Source: Escherichia phage vB_EcoM_EC001
Sequence record: MN445185.1
Length of the DNA stretch: 64,000 nucleotides
Direction: 5' to 3' (one strand)
Shown here in pieces: positions 47,327 to 57,337 of the stretch. A model generated the notes under the pieces. That model searched no databases and was not told where the DNA came from. It saw only the letters and a list, made by a program, of their open reading frames with translations. The position numbers were made by a program, and so were the translations under genes. Numbering within the stretch: the first letter of the stretch is position 1; every line of letters begins with the position of its first letter.

Positions 47327-48460
47327 ATGAAATTTCCAATTTCCGTAATCGAAGATATGGCTCGTGTAGTACGTGACCGTGCGTATGTGCTTAGCTACGA
47401 AGGTATTCGTGCATATTCAGAAGCTCTGATTGCACAACACGTCACTGGCACCGGTGTTATCAACCCGGATCTTTACAATGCGCTGGTCGATAACAATGTG
47501 GAGGCTTATCTGCCGCTGCCGCACCTGCGTAATAAGTTGTGCCTTTCTTCTCAAACTCTTCAGTTTGATAACCTGCCACCACTGAAATATTCGCCAGATG
47601 ACCGTTGGGGAAGTATGCTGGGCATGGCTTTCCAAAATTGCCACGCGCCTTATAACTGGTCTATTCTCGTTGAAGGTGTTGATGGTGTCTGGTATGCCAT
47701 TGCACATTCTGACGAATTCTTCTTCGAGCCAGGTGAACTGATTAAACCCGTAAGTGCTCCACATGGTCGTGTTAAGGTTGGGCATTGTTACATTGAATTG
47801 ACTCATGTCCAGTGGACTATCGAAGACTGGCGTGCTGCCTCCGTTATCTTCGGTGACGGTAAACCACACTCAGTTACTTTCGAGCGTTGCGAAGCAGTGC
47901 ATGTTGAAGAGCCTGACAATGACGAAGTGGGAGATCGTTACGCGCCGCTGGAAGAGTGTCGTAACATCGCGAACATCGACTGGGTGAAAGTCTTTACGGC
48001 CAACCCCGGTTTCCGTGGTCAGACTATCAACCCCGGCGAAGTAACCTGGGAAGGTTTCGTACAACTCGCAGATAAACTCGGTTATGACGTGTGGGATTAC
48101 ACCTACAAACGTCCATACCCGAATGCGTCAGAAGATGAAGACCACGATGAAATCATTCTGGAAAACTTGGCTGATATCGAAAATGTGTTTATTGACGACG
48201 AAATCTTTGTTACCCTCGGTATCGAACGTCCAAAATCAACAGCTTATCCGGTATCGGTTGCCAGTGTGATTCAGGAACTGGGCAAAATGCAGGAGCAGAC
48301 TGTCGAAGTGAAAATCGACGAAGAGCAAATGCAGATTGTTGCGCAGGTACAGAAAACTCTGAACCTGGATAAACTGTACGCTGAAATCCGCAAGCTGCCG
48401 AAAAAGAAACGTACTGCTGCCACAATCAAAGCAATGGTCCGCGACATCATCGGCAAATAA
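47327..48460 (+). CDS. Hypothetical protein
   Basis: ATG 47327 after RBS AAGGA (track start 47303 is a TTG); followed by bidirectional terminator 48465..48518. Confidence 0.55.
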   Translation: MKFPISVIEDMARVVRDRAYVLSYEGIRAYSEALIAQHVTGTGVINPDLYNALVDNNVEAYLPLPHLRNKLCLSSQTLQFDNLPPLKYSPDDRWGSMLGMAFQNCHAPYNWSILVEGVDGVWYAIAHSDEFFFEPGELIKPVSAPHGRVKVGHCYIELTHVQWTIEDWRAASVIFGDGKPHSVTFERCEAVHVEEPDNDEVGDRYAPLEECRNIANIDWVKVFTANPGFRGQTINPGEVTWEGFVQLADKLGYDVWDYTYKRPYPNASEDEDHDEIILENLADIENVFIDDEIFVTLGIERPKSTAYPVSVASVIQELGKMQEQTVEVKIDEEQMQIVAQVQKTLNLDKLYAEIRKLPKKKRTAATIKAMVRDIIGK

Positions 48461-48464
48461 TGCG

Positions 48465-48518
48465 ATAAAAAATAAAAGCCTACCTACTCCCTTGGGAGTA
48501 GGTAGTTCTTTTTTTCTT
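48465..48518. terminator. Bidirectional intrinsic terminator
   Basis: CTACCTACTCCC / GGGAGTAGGTAG stem, A-run upstream and TTCTTTTTTTCT downstream. Confidence 0.7.
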
Positions 48519-49141
48519 TAATTTGTTAACCCGTTATCTTTCAGGATTTTCAACATCGCATCATTCAACGCCTGCAGTTCTTGATTCTGCTTAGTGAGTG
48601 TTGCAACTTGTTCTGTCAGAGGAACCTGCTCACGGATTTTGGCTTTACGCACCGCTTCCATTTGCAAGTGTTCTTCTTCCGTCACCGTCCCTTCGTAATC
48701 CATCGATGTGATGTCCACACGTGCATCGATTCCTAAACCGCGTTCTAAGATGCTTTTCAGGTCGTTCGTTAGCAGTGTGACATCGACGTATTCGGGTATT
48801 AATGCCAGGTCAATAACCACCACATTGCGTCTATAATTTAACCCGTTCAGTCCAGGATACGTCTCAATGTACGTATCAGGCAACTCGTAGACTTGACCGT
48901 CCCTCGACTTTAATGTTACAATCGAGGCTTCGACATTAGCGTCGCTGATATAGTCGTCACGAGTTAGGCCGACAGGTTTATAATACTTGTTATAAACGTC
49001 AATATTATTACGTTGGAGTTTCGGAAAGTTCTGTACCGCGTCAACACGGTAAATCACTTTATCTGGCAACGTATAAGGTGCCTTAACCTTGAACAACCCC
49101 TCAAGGTTAACCTGAGGCGTGTTAGGCAACAGTTGTGCCAT
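48518..49141 (-). CDS. Hypothetical protein
   Basis: 207 aa; second gene of a two-gene minus-strand cassette. Confidence 0.55.
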   Translation of the reverse strand: MAQLLPNTPQVNLEGLFKVKAPYTLPDKVIYRVDAVQNFPKLQRNNIDVYNKYYKPVGLTRDDYISDANVEASIVTLKSRDGQVYELPDTYIETYPGLNGLNYRRNVVVIDLALIPEYVDVTLLTNDLKSILERGLGIDARVDITSMDYEGTVTEEEHLQMEAVRKAKIREQVPLTEQVATLTKQNQELQALNDAMLKILKDNGLTN

Positions 49142-49151
49142 TTAACCCTCC

Positions 49152-50531
49152 TTAGGCTTTTGGCTCTGCCGCAGGAACATCCCAAATGGCCTTACGGGCC
49201 AAGACACGATATTCCACGTTATCGAATTCGAAGACGTAGAAGTAAACGTTAGGATCAACGTCGTCTACGAGCTTCACGATATCCAACGGGGTGGAGTGCG
49301 GATGGTACTCTTCGGCTGCAATTAACGCCTGGAAGAACAGATCCAACCACTCGGTGGTTTTCTTCGACATTCTCGCAATATCCGCATTATTAGTGCCGAT
49401 TAATGCGTAGTCAGGAATTGTGTCATGCAGGGTCGTTTTGCGTGAATCGTTTTCAGGGCCAGCGATAACCACGGCGTTCAACGATTTATAGATGGACGGT
49501 AAATCCGTTACATCGGTAGTTGGAATCGAGATCGCTCCACTATTTTTTTCCGTAATGGTTTGAACAGTCCACTCCCCAAATCGGGAGATTGCTTTGACCC
49601 AGAAATCATATGGGAGAATCGGCGAGTATAATGCCGCAACATCTTCCTCATTTGGAATCCCACGAATTGACCAACCGGGAACAATTGTGAACTTGGTGGT
49701 CGTAAAGATTTCTGGGAACACTTTGACACCCAACGCCACAGTAAAACTGGAGTTTGCCAAAATGTAATCACGTAACGCTTGTTTAATCCTGCTCGGGTTA
49801 CGACCCGCGCGTCCGTAGATGATAGCCGACATCGGTATCGGTAAGGTGGAGTCAAAGTCTTCCTGGTCGTGCCAAGTATAGATGTTAGTAATCAGGCTAG
49901 TGTACGGATAACCGTCAGCTAATTCGTTAATCTTATTATGGTGATCCGGAAGGTTGAACCCTTCCATTGCCTTTTCGACTACAGATTTCACAGCCAAGAA
50001 AGTATCAACCGGTAATATCGGCATTTGGACTTCAATTTCAAATCCAGTATAGTCCTGATTGAAATCTTCATCAGCAAACCAGAGAATAATCTGGTTATTT
50101 ACATCAGACGGGTCTTCGACTTTATCTGCTGTGGTTTCAAGTTTCCAACTGACCCAACGTGGGAACCAGTTACTGTTAGTCTGAATCATCGCGCCAGACT
50201 GAACACCGCTGATGACACTATTAAATTGCCCCAACAGCAAACGCTGGAATTCAACTTCGTCGTTTCTTAAGTTGCCCAGGATAGACTGTTGGTAGATCCA
50301 TTGGGAAACAGTAAGAACGTGGTCGCTAAAGACGGCCGGGGTCTTAATAGGCAACTCGTCACGTTTAGAAGTAAAAGCAACCAGTTCCACCTGCAGATTT
50401 TCTTTAGTAAAATACTGCTTGCTTTTAGCGAACGAATATGACAGCTCAGACAACTCACCTACCGGAGCGGTGTTGCCAGGGCCATTATCAATCAGAGCCG
50501 CTATTTGAATAAAGCCTTGTAAATCATACAT
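49152..50531 (-). CDS. Hypothetical protein
   Basis: 459 aa ORF with RBS GGAG upstream; divergent from 50550. Confidence 0.6.
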   Translation of the reverse strand: MYDLQGFIQIAALIDNGPGNTAPVGELSELSYSFAKSKQYFTKENLQVELVAFTSKRDELPIKTPAVFSDHVLTVSQWIYQQSILGNLRNDEVEFQRLLLGQFNSVISGVQSGAMIQTNSNWFPRWVSWKLETTADKVEDPSDVNNQIILWFADEDFNQDYTGFEIEVQMPILPVDTFLAVKSVVEKAMEGFNLPDHHNKINELADGYPYTSLITNIYTWHDQEDFDSTLPIPMSAIIYGRAGRNPSRIKQALRDYILANSSFTVALGVKVFPEIFTTTKFTIVPGWSIRGIPNEEDVAALYSPILPYDFWVKAISRFGEWTVQTITEKNSGAISIPTTDVTDLPSIYKSLNAVVIAGPENDSRKTTLHDTIPDYALIGTNNADIARMSKKTTEWLDLFFQALIAAEEYHPHSTPLDIVKLVDDVDPNVYFYVFEFDNVEYRVLARKAIWDVPAAEPKA

Positions 50532-50549
50532 AATTAAAAACTCTCCGAG

Positions 50550-51065
50550 GTGAGCATGATAGCATCAGTTTTCAAACTGCTTCCATTCTTACAGATGCTG
50601 TGGGAAGCATTTAAACCGGGCGAGGGGGAGAAAGTAACACGAGCCGGGAAGATAGTGACACTAGTGATAGTGGCACTGGTCGCGTTCTCTGCATTTGTCT
50701 CATATGCCTATATTGTTCAATACCACACACTGGTTAGCGTCCAATCGCGTACTCAGTATCTGGAGATATCCTATAAGGAGCTAAAAGAGAAGTCCGATCA
50801 TGGCGAAGTGGAGAACAATAAGCTGTACGATCGTCTCTTCACATGCCTGGGTTCTCGATCGCCATATGATGGTACCAAATCTCCAACAGGGACAGGCACT
50901 GGGGCCGCGGTTCCGCCTGAAGAACTCAAGCCGGTAACACCACAGGCACCGTTAAATCCGTCTAGCCCGCCTGCCAAGAAACACCAGGCGGCTTCTCGCC
51001 CAGTGGGGTCGCAGGCGGCAAACGATTTCCGACAGGAGATTATCAAGACGCTTAATAATCCATGA
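50550..51065 (+). CDS. Membrane-anchored protein with Pro-rich periplasmic tail (i-spanin-like candidate)
   Basis: Single N-terminal TM (IVTLVIVALVAFSAFVSYAYIV), then a charged helical segment and a Pro-rich C-terminus. Confidence 0.4.
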   Translation: MSMIASVFKLLPFLQMLWEAFKPGEGEKVTRAGKIVTLVIVALVAFSAFVSYAYIVQYHTLVSVQSRTQYLEISYKELKEKSDHGEVENNKLYDRLFTCLGSRSPYDGTKSPTGTGTGAAVPPEELKPVTPQAPLNPSSPPAKKHQAASRPVGSQAANDFRQEIIKTLNNP

Positions 51066-51074
51066 GGAGCATAC

Positions 51075-51554
51075 ATGAAGTTATTTTTGGTGGCGATACT
51101 GGTGCTATTGTTGACAGGATGCCCTGGGGTCATCCGTCACGTAGACCCAGATTACTCCTCAACCGGAGATTGGCCTTTTCGTCCTTTAGAACACCCACCA
51201 GTATATAACGGTGGGAACAGTCCTGAGGCGAAAAAGCTGGCAGGGAAAATGTTTGTTGCGGATGTGAACGCTTATGCTTATTACGTTTATCTGTACGCTA
51301 AGTCAGTAAACAACTATGCAGAAGCTAAAGGGTGGCACACCCCGATGACCGCACCGCTTTGTGAAGAGTTTATTCGCCCCACTCTTCATGGTATACCCTC
51401 CGGGATATATCTCGACCCTGGTTCTCGTAGCCCTCAAGACATTAGTCGTGATTTGTCACGACAGATTAAGTCTCTCATTCGCAGCTATCGCGAAGACAGA
51501 GAGTCTTTTAATCGTGCCTACGAACGGCACAAAAGTAGTTGCCTTGTGCAATGA
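51075..51554 (+). CDS. Lipoprotein (lipobox LTGC)
   Basis: MKLFLVAILVLLLTGC signal/lipobox; immediately downstream of the membrane-anchored gene; followed by terminator 51558..51597. Confidence 0.6.
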   Translation: MKLFLVAILVLLLTGCPGVIRHVDPDYSSTGDWPFRPLEHPPVYNGGNSPEAKKLAGKMFVADVNAYAYYVYLYAKSVNNYAEAKGWHTPMTAPLCEEFIRPTLHGIPSGIYLDPGSRSPQDISRDLSRQIKSLIRSYREDRESFNRAYERHKSSCLVQ

Positions 51555-51557
51555 AAA

Positions 51558-51597
51558 CTCCCTCTTACCTTCGGGTAAGAGGGGATTTCCTTTTTTA
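51558..51597 (+). terminator. Intrinsic terminator
   Basis: CCCTCTTACC-TTCG-GGTAAGAGGG hairpin followed by T-run. Confidence 0.7.
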
Positions 51598-51642
51598 CGT
51601 TAATAGTCAATAGTGTGATATATAATCTCGTGGAGAGTTGAA

Positions 51643-52362
51643 ATGACCTATCCTAAAATTCTGCCTGTTTTAACGCCCACCGTTGTTGTTGGGACGGACT
51701 TAGAGACCCTGGCTTTACGTCCAGATGCCTACATCTTAACGTTGGCAAACGTGGCATTCGATGTTCCGACAATGAAAATGATCGGTTCATGTTACCACAA
51801 AATCGACCCCAATGATGCAAAAGCAAAAGAAATCTTCTACATCGATCCACAAACGGTCGGTTATTGGGAAGGTAAAGGCGACCCCGAATACGCACCGAGC
51901 GAGAAAGCACGTATTGAAGCGTTTTCTGGGACCACACCACTGCCAGAAGCACTGTGGGCGGCCAAAAAATGGTTGGATGATCTGGGCAACGTGAAAATGG
52001 TTATCACCATGCGCGGTCCCGATTTCGATGCTCCAATTCTGATGAACGCATTTGCACAGTGCGATATCCCGCCGGGCAAGTACCGCAAGTTTTCTATTTT
52101 GGACTCTGACCGGACTGCAGAACGTATTGCATATGCGTTTGGCTTGGAACCTAACTGGCACGCAGAAGCCCACCACTGGACCCGTGGCAAAGAAGCGTAC
52201 GAGCATAACGCTAACTTTGATGCTGCGAAGGAAGCGTATTCTACGGCACGCATCTATCATTTGGCCCTGGTCGCGCGTACGTACGGCTTCGAACGCATGT
52301 TAGAAGCCCACCGCGAAATGTGCACAGGTGAATACATTCCACCGCAGTTGCGAGGAGAATAA
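51643..52362 (+). CDS. DEDDh-family 3'-5' exonuclease (DnaQ-like)
   Basis: Exo I GTDLET, Exo II GPDFDAPIL, Exo III HNANFDAAKEAY (H-x4-D); stop overlaps the RNase H start. Confidence 0.65.
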   Translation: MTYPKILPVLTPTVVVGTDLETLALRPDAYILTLANVAFDVPTMKMIGSCYHKIDPNDAKAKEIFYIDPQTVGYWEGKGDPEYAPSEKARIEAFSGTTPLPEALWAAKKWLDDLGNVKMVITMRGPDFDAPILMNAFAQCDIPPGKYRKFSILDSDRTAERIAYAFGLEPNWHAEAHHWTRGKEAYEHNANFDAAKEAYSTARIYHLALVARTYGFERMLEAHREMCTGEYIPPQLRGE

Positions 52363-53876
52363 TGAAAGACGTCGACGTAGCGGTTATTTATACCGATGGT
52401 AGTCATACTGAGTCCCCGAAAGGTTCGGGGGCTGGTATTCATGGTTATTTATTCAACAACGGAGATTTGGAAGACAGTCAGGCTTATAGCCATCCGGGTG
52501 TTTCAGAACGGATTACCACTGTTGGATACAAAAAAGTGCCGCAGGATGTGAAGTGTCCGGAGTTGCCGGACACCGTTCAATTTGTCGACGCCGTTATTCC
52601 CGTTCCGAAAGAGTTCTACTCAGATGTGGGCGAGTTAATCGCCTTCATCACGTTGTTTGAGAACGCACCCTTCCGCGCGAAGAACTATATTATCTACGTG
52701 GATGCCAGTTATGTTGTAAACACTTTTAACGAGTGGATAGACGGCTGGCATAAACGTGGTTGGGTTCGTGCTGACGGTACTCCGCTGGCGAACAAAGAAC
52801 TTATTGTTCGTATCTGGGAAATCAAACAGCAGATGAAAAAAGAAGGACGGGGTGTTAAGGTTATCAAAATCAAAGGACACTCCGGCCACTACGGTAACGA
52901 CCGGGCGGACGAATTGGCTAGAAAAGGTTCAGCTATCACAGCGACCAACGACGGCGTTCCATATCAGCCGTACTGGTCGAAGGATGAGTTGCCTGCATCC
53001 GCGGAACCCGAGCCCATCGCCGCTGGGATGAACCTTGCGGCATATCCGCCGATTTGTACGGTTAAATATTGCTATCCGTTGGTGAACGAGGACCATCCTA
53101 CTGTAAAAGTGAAAGATGAAACTTTCTATTACATGTTTGGTGGCAACCATGCAAAGAACAAGGACGACTTGGTGTTTATTGGGAAAATGATTCCTGATGC
53201 ACACTTTTCCGTAATGTTCACTAAACAACCGTGGGATAACATCTACACGATTGTAAACAACCACGCCGCCCTGGCATGGAAAGATACACCGAAGATGCGG
53301 CAGTATGATCCAATCGGCGTTGTTAACAATGAGTTCGTTAAACGTAAGAAGTTCGTTGACGTGGCAGGTGATGGATTACCAGCAGACAAGATGCATTTCA
53401 GTGGAGAAGATTCCAACGTCTGGTTCTTTGAAGACCTGGCCATCTCCAGAATGCTTCGCCCACCCTTATTGTCGTACCGTGCGCTGGATATTCGTGACGA
53501 ACTCGCTACAACGTTGCGTGATGTTCTGCATCAGGAAAAGGGTTATGTCTTAAACGATATTACCGACTTGCTATTCGACGACAAAGGTAAACCTGTCAAG
53601 GAATACTACCGCAGCGTCGATAAGTCAATAACGTTAAAGATTGACTTTCCGATGGGTAAACGACCTGTCTCGGTTATTTTGACGCGTGGTATCGATATTC
53701 CATCGCGTACGGAAATCAACCGTATTAAAGAACCGGAAGGCCGTTATTACATCGCGGTGTGTCGTCCTGAAAAATACTACATCCGTTACTTCTTAATCTA
53801 TATCGGTAAAGAGTATCATGGGTTGTGGTGTGCGTATTACGCAAACCGTCGCATACTGCGAGAAGAAGAGGTGTAA
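52362..53876 (+). CDS. RNase HI-like ribonuclease fused to an uncharacterised C-terminal domain of about 300 aa
   Basis: AVIYTDGS, YVDASYV, KGHSGHYGNDRADELA correspond to the RNase HI catalytic signature (D, E, D, H, D positions). Confidence 0.75.
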   Translation: MKDVDVAVIYTDGSHTESPKGSGAGIHGYLFNNGDLEDSQAYSHPGVSERITTVGYKKVPQDVKCPELPDTVQFVDAVIPVPKEFYSDVGELIAFITLFENAPFRAKNYIIYVDASYVVNTFNEWIDGWHKRGWVRADGTPLANKELIVRIWEIKQQMKKEGRGVKVIKIKGHSGHYGNDRADELARKGSAITATNDGVPYQPYWSKDELPASAEPEPIAAGMNLAAYPPICTVKYCYPLVNEDHPTVKVKDETFYYMFGGNHAKNKDDLVFIGKMIPDAHFSVMFTKQPWDNIYTIVNNHAALAWKDTPKMRQYDPIGVVNNEFVKRKKFVDVAGDGLPADKMHFSGEDSNVWFFEDLAISRMLRPPLLSYRALDIRDELATTLRDVLHQEKGYVLNDITDLLFDDKGKPVKEYYRSVDKSITLKIDFPMGKRPVSVILTRGIDIPSRTEINRIKEPEGRYYIAVCRPEKYYIRYFLIYIGKEYHGLWCAYYANRRILREEEV

Positions 53877-53877
53877 C

Positions 53878-54618
53878 ATGTTGCGAGTCGTGAGTGAATC
53901 GCTCACGCTCCACACACAAAGTCTGATTAACTGTGTGGAGCAATACGGATGGATGTCATGGATGGCAACGAACCGTGAGTTCGGTGCTGCGCCCATGGAA
54001 GATTACGACGTGTTGTACAAGTGGGGATTTGAAGCGGCTTGTGATGTTGTGGCAGAGCTGGTTACTGAAACAATTGCGCGTTACAATGCAAGATGTGATG
54101 AACCGATGCCTAAACAAGTCCCGCCGCAAATACCTCCGCTACCGACAATCGATCGTGAGCAGTGTCGAATCTGGACAATGGAAGAGTTGTACGACGAACA
54201 CGTTAGAATGCTGAAACCGAACGAGCTAATAACCGGTGCGTTGAACTGGTTCTTACATCGTTTCTGGACAGAGTTGGTCGATGTGGCGGGTGACGAAGAT
54301 AATTGTTCTCAGGTTATTTGGTACGATCGAGCGATGTTTCATCGCAGTCTTAAAGATCGCAGTCTCTGCAACCTGTATATTGTTGACCCGTGTGAAGACA
54401 TTGTAAGGGTGGCAGAAGGTAACTCTTATTCGGACTTGGTGATGCCTGTGGTAGAAAAACCGATGGGTATTTTCCTGCAGGGAGACGCTTGGGTTTTAAC
54501 GGATGATATCTCGGGCTACCTGCTGGACCCGGATGACATTCACTCGGACGAACCTGACACCATCGAGTATTTTCACTTTACAGAACAGGCAGCACGCTTC
54601 TTGCATCTCTTAAAGTAA
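53878..54618 (+). CDS. Hypothetical protein
   Basis: Start at MLRVVSE after RBS GAGGTG (track start 53818 overlaps the previous gene). Confidence 0.5.
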   Translation: MLRVVSESLTLHTQSLINCVEQYGWMSWMATNREFGAAPMEDYDVLYKWGFEAACDVVAELVTETIARYNARCDEPMPKQVPPQIPPLPTIDREQCRIWTMEELYDEHVRMLKPNELITGALNWFLHRFWTELVDVAGDEDNCSQVIWYDRAMFHRSLKDRSLCNLYIVDPCEDIVRVAEGNSYSDLVMPVVEKPMGIFLQGDAWVLTDDISGYLLDPDDIHSDEPDTIEYFHFTEQAARFLHLLK

Positions 54619-54622
54619 TCTG

Positions 54623-54638
54623 AGATAGATATTATCTA
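54623..54638 (+). promoter_or_regulatory. Recurrent intergenic motif AGATAGATATTATCTA (candidate phage promoter element)
   Basis: One of at least five plus-strand intergenic copies of AGAYAGATRTTATC; 34 nt upstream of the 54672 start. Confidence 0.3.
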
Positions 54639-54671
54639 CAGGGACGTAACCTTAAGGAGAATTTATTCACG

Positions 54672-55406
54672 ATGCTTAAAGTCGAAGTGCCAGTGCTTTT
54701 AAACCTCACGCCCCAGTTCTTTGAAGCGTTGTTCGAAAAGCATTGGCCCGCGTTCGCGAAGAACGAACTAAAGGATAACCCACAGTGGTATCCTCTGCGC
54801 GATGAATTCAAGTATACAGCCATCAACGTCTGTATAGAAGTCTTCACTGCGTGGTTACAAGAGATGTACGACTGCATCAACACCGAACGGCTGTTCACGC
54901 TAGAACATGTAGAGATTAATGTTGTTGACGTCTACGAAGGTTACTCCTACGAAGAAGGCATTACTGCCACGGGGTTAAGCCAGCAAGACGTTGAAGAACA
55001 AATCTTTGCGTGGATCGAGTGGTTCACGGAAAAGTTGATGCTGGCTGATTTTGTCACGCAGGTGGAAGATGTATTCATCCCAATGTACGAGCGGTTAGCT
55101 GAGATACGTCGTAACCATCGACTGCTCGGTTACTGGTATGACACTTATACCACCTCCTCAACACTGTGGTCTTCCGCTACTGCCGCTTTTGGCATAACTG
55201 AAGGCGATTACGATGTCGTTCATTCTGGCCCTTGGCAGTACGGTTTCGGCACACTGTGGCACGAACTGACCGATGTCATGTGTCTGGACTTTTATCTCTG
55301 TGAAGGTAAGTTTTACACGGATAACTGCGTGAGCCAAATTCCGAATGGTGCGACGGTGGTGATGTGTCGCATCCGTAAAGAAGTCTCTAAGAAACTAAAC
55401 TACTGA
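54672..55406 (+). CDS. Hypothetical protein
   Basis: 244 aa ORF, RBS AAGGAG; the recurrent upstream motif lies 34 nt before the start. Confidence 0.5.
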   Translation: MLKVEVPVLLNLTPQFFEALFEKHWPAFAKNELKDNPQWYPLRDEFKYTAINVCIEVFTAWLQEMYDCINTERLFTLEHVEINVVDVYEGYSYEEGITATGLSQQDVEEQIFAWIEWFTEKLMLADFVTQVEDVFIPMYERLAEIRRNHRLLGYWYDTYTTSSTLWSSATAAFGITEGDYDVVHSGPWQYGFGTLWHELTDVMCLDFYLCEGKFYTDNCVSQIPNGATVVMCRIRKEVSKKLNY

Positions 55407-55419
55407 AGGAGTATTTAAC

Positions 55420-55791
55420 ATGACGCAAGACGAATTTGAAACACTGGTTAAACAATACTTTAAAGAAGGGACTATTCTGTACATAGTCGCACCCGAGAGC
55501 GAAAACTGGTTGACGTTATCGTCGCGGGTAACCACCCTACGCGGCCCAGTTTCTCAAGAAATAAGACAGATGGCTCGTATAGTTCGAGATACCGCCATCC
55601 AGGGCGGTAAAGTCGTCAGCTTCTCCCACCTCTCTCCGATCGGCCACTCTAACTTAGAAACCGAAGTTGATGTGGTTGCAACCGTCGGTTTCGATTTAGA
55701 CGGCTCCCCAGGCACTAGCCTTGTTGCCATTAAGAAATGGCGTGGATACGATGCGATTCCATCGCCGGGGGTTTGGCCAGCTACCAGCTAA
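55420..55791 (+). CDS. Hypothetical protein
   Basis: 123 aa ORF with RBS AAGGAG. Confidence 0.5.
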   Translation: MTQDEFETLVKQYFKEGTILYIVAPESENWLTLSSRVTTLRGPVSQEIRQMARIVRDTAIQGGKVVSFSHLSPIGHSNLETEVDVVATVGFDLDGSPGTSLVAIKKWRGYDAIPSPGVWPATS

Positions 55792-55801
55792 TGGGGGCGG
55801 T

Positions 55802-56209
55802 ATGTTAAAGGTGTATAGCGAGTCATTGATGGACTTGCAAGAGTATCTAAAGCATGTGGAAATTAACGGCAACCGAGGAATGATATACTCCATGGTTGTC
55901 GAGATTTTAATTAAAATCGTGCTTGTTTCATTCCACGTGGCAGAAAATGGCACTGCTGTACCAGGCGATGTTTATAAAGGTGTTATTAAACATCTTAGCG
56001 ACCGCTACAGTTGTTTACGTGAACCGGATATCTTTAATGAGGTGCAACGTGTTGTGTTGCTTATCCTCGACAACCGTGGAGACTTGGCGTTCAAGCTTGC
56101 GCGTGAATTGGCAGACACGTCACAGCACGGTGGACAACTGAAATATAACGTTGTGGATCTCGTAGCGTGCAGATACTGGTATACGCAGCCCGAGTTAAGT
56201 AACTTTTAA
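55802..56209 (+). CDS. Hypothetical protein
   Basis: Start at internal ATG (MLKVYSESL); upstream part of the track ORF overlaps the previous gene. Confidence 0.45.
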   Translation: MLKVYSESLMDLQEYLKHVEINGNRGMIYSMVVEILIKIVLVSFHVAENGTAVPGDVYKGVIKHLSDRYSCLREPDIFNEVQRVVLLILDNRGDLAFKLARELADTSQHGGQLKYNVVDLVACRYWYTQPELSNF

Positions 56210-56219
56210 GGAGCATTAG

Positions 56220-56759
56220 ATGCAAATCGTAATTGACTTCGCTCTGTCGGAGTCGAGACGTCAGCTAGATGAAATTCTGTTAGGATTAAAACGTGACGTG
56301 GAATTTGAACTTCACGATGCGTTGGCCGTCCACGAAAATCGTTTGTCTGACGAAATAGGTTCGGGTGTAGATGTGACTATCTGTGACACTGGGGATATGG
56401 TAAATCAGCTTATTGAACGTATGTTCACGCGGCTGCGTAACATTCTGAACTATCCCCATCGTTTTGAACTGGTAGAAGGGACGGACCAAATCACCGACTT
56501 ATTGAGTGAAGCCTTTGATAAGGTCGGTGAGTCTCTGGCGGGGTTACATCAAGAGAACCTGGGCGAGACATACGTTGCTGTGGTCATTAACGGGCAATCA
56601 TCGAACGTCACGGACACGGTAACATGGTCTGATATCGTTGACCAGCCAATCATTGACAAAATCACCAAGTTGTATCGTGATGCGGAAATGAAGGTGCTGG
56701 CTATCTGTCGTCGTGAACTACTGTATCTCGGCGAGAAATATGGGAAACCTGCTGAATGA
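56220..56759 (+). CDS. Hypothetical protein
   Basis: 179 aa ORF with RBS AAGGAG. Confidence 0.5.
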   Translation: MQIVIDFALSESRRQLDEILLGLKRDVEFELHDALAVHENRLSDEIGSGVDVTICDTGDMVNQLIERMFTRLRNILNYPHRFELVEGTDQITDLLSEAFDKVGESLAGLHQENLGETYVAVVINGQSSNVTDTVTWSDIVDQPIIDKITKLYRDAEMKVLAICRRELLYLGEKYGKPAE

Positions 56760-57298
56760 AAATATTCATTGATTTACTCGATGACGAATTTCGCGAAATA
56801 TTTCCAGCGGCGTTGTTCGAGTTTAAACGCAAGTGTGAAGACTATCTAATACCGAAGAATATCGATCGTCAGCACCTCGCCGGGCTTATCTCTGCGGCGT
56901 ACGTCAACATCGCGGTAAATGAAGTTCATCAACTCGCCCAGCGTATTGCGTGTTTCGAATACAACGACGAAGACATTGAAGACGGCTTCCTGCAGTCTAA
57001 GATGGGTCGCTTCTCACTCGAACTCAAGACCGATGAAGTTATTGATAAGGTCGGTAAAGCGTTTGATGAAATGAAAGACATCGAAATGATGATTAAAATG
57101 TCTGGACCGGAAGCTGGGCCGTTGAAAGAAGCGTGGGAAAATCTCAACCGCGAAGGGTATAAAAAGATGTATATGGAGGAGTTCACCACTATGCTACGTC
57201 ATCTCGAAGCGCAGATCTGGGAGCATATCGTTTCACGTCTGAAAGAAATACTGATTGTGGTCGAACCAATGCAGCCCATCACTATTGGCAATTTCTAG
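56756..57298 (+). CDS. Hypothetical protein
   Basis: 180 aa ORF; ATGA overlap with the previous gene; followed by terminator 57303..57337. Confidence 0.5.
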   Translation: MKIFIDLLDDEFREIFPAALFEFKRKCEDYLIPKNIDRQHLAGLISAAYVNIAVNEVHQLAQRIACFEYNDEDIEDGFLQSKMGRFSLELKTDEVIDKVGKAFDEMKDIEMMIKMSGPEAGPLKEAWENLNREGYKKMYMEEFTTMLRHLEAQIWEHIVSRLKEILIVVEPMQPITIGNF

Positions 57299-57302
57299 TT
57301 AA

Positions 57303-57337
57303 ACGGACACTCTTCGGGGTGTCCGTAGTTTTATTTT
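57303..57337 (+). terminator. Intrinsic terminator
   Basis: ACGGACAC...GTGTCCGT hairpin followed by AGTTTTATTTT. Confidence 0.6.
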
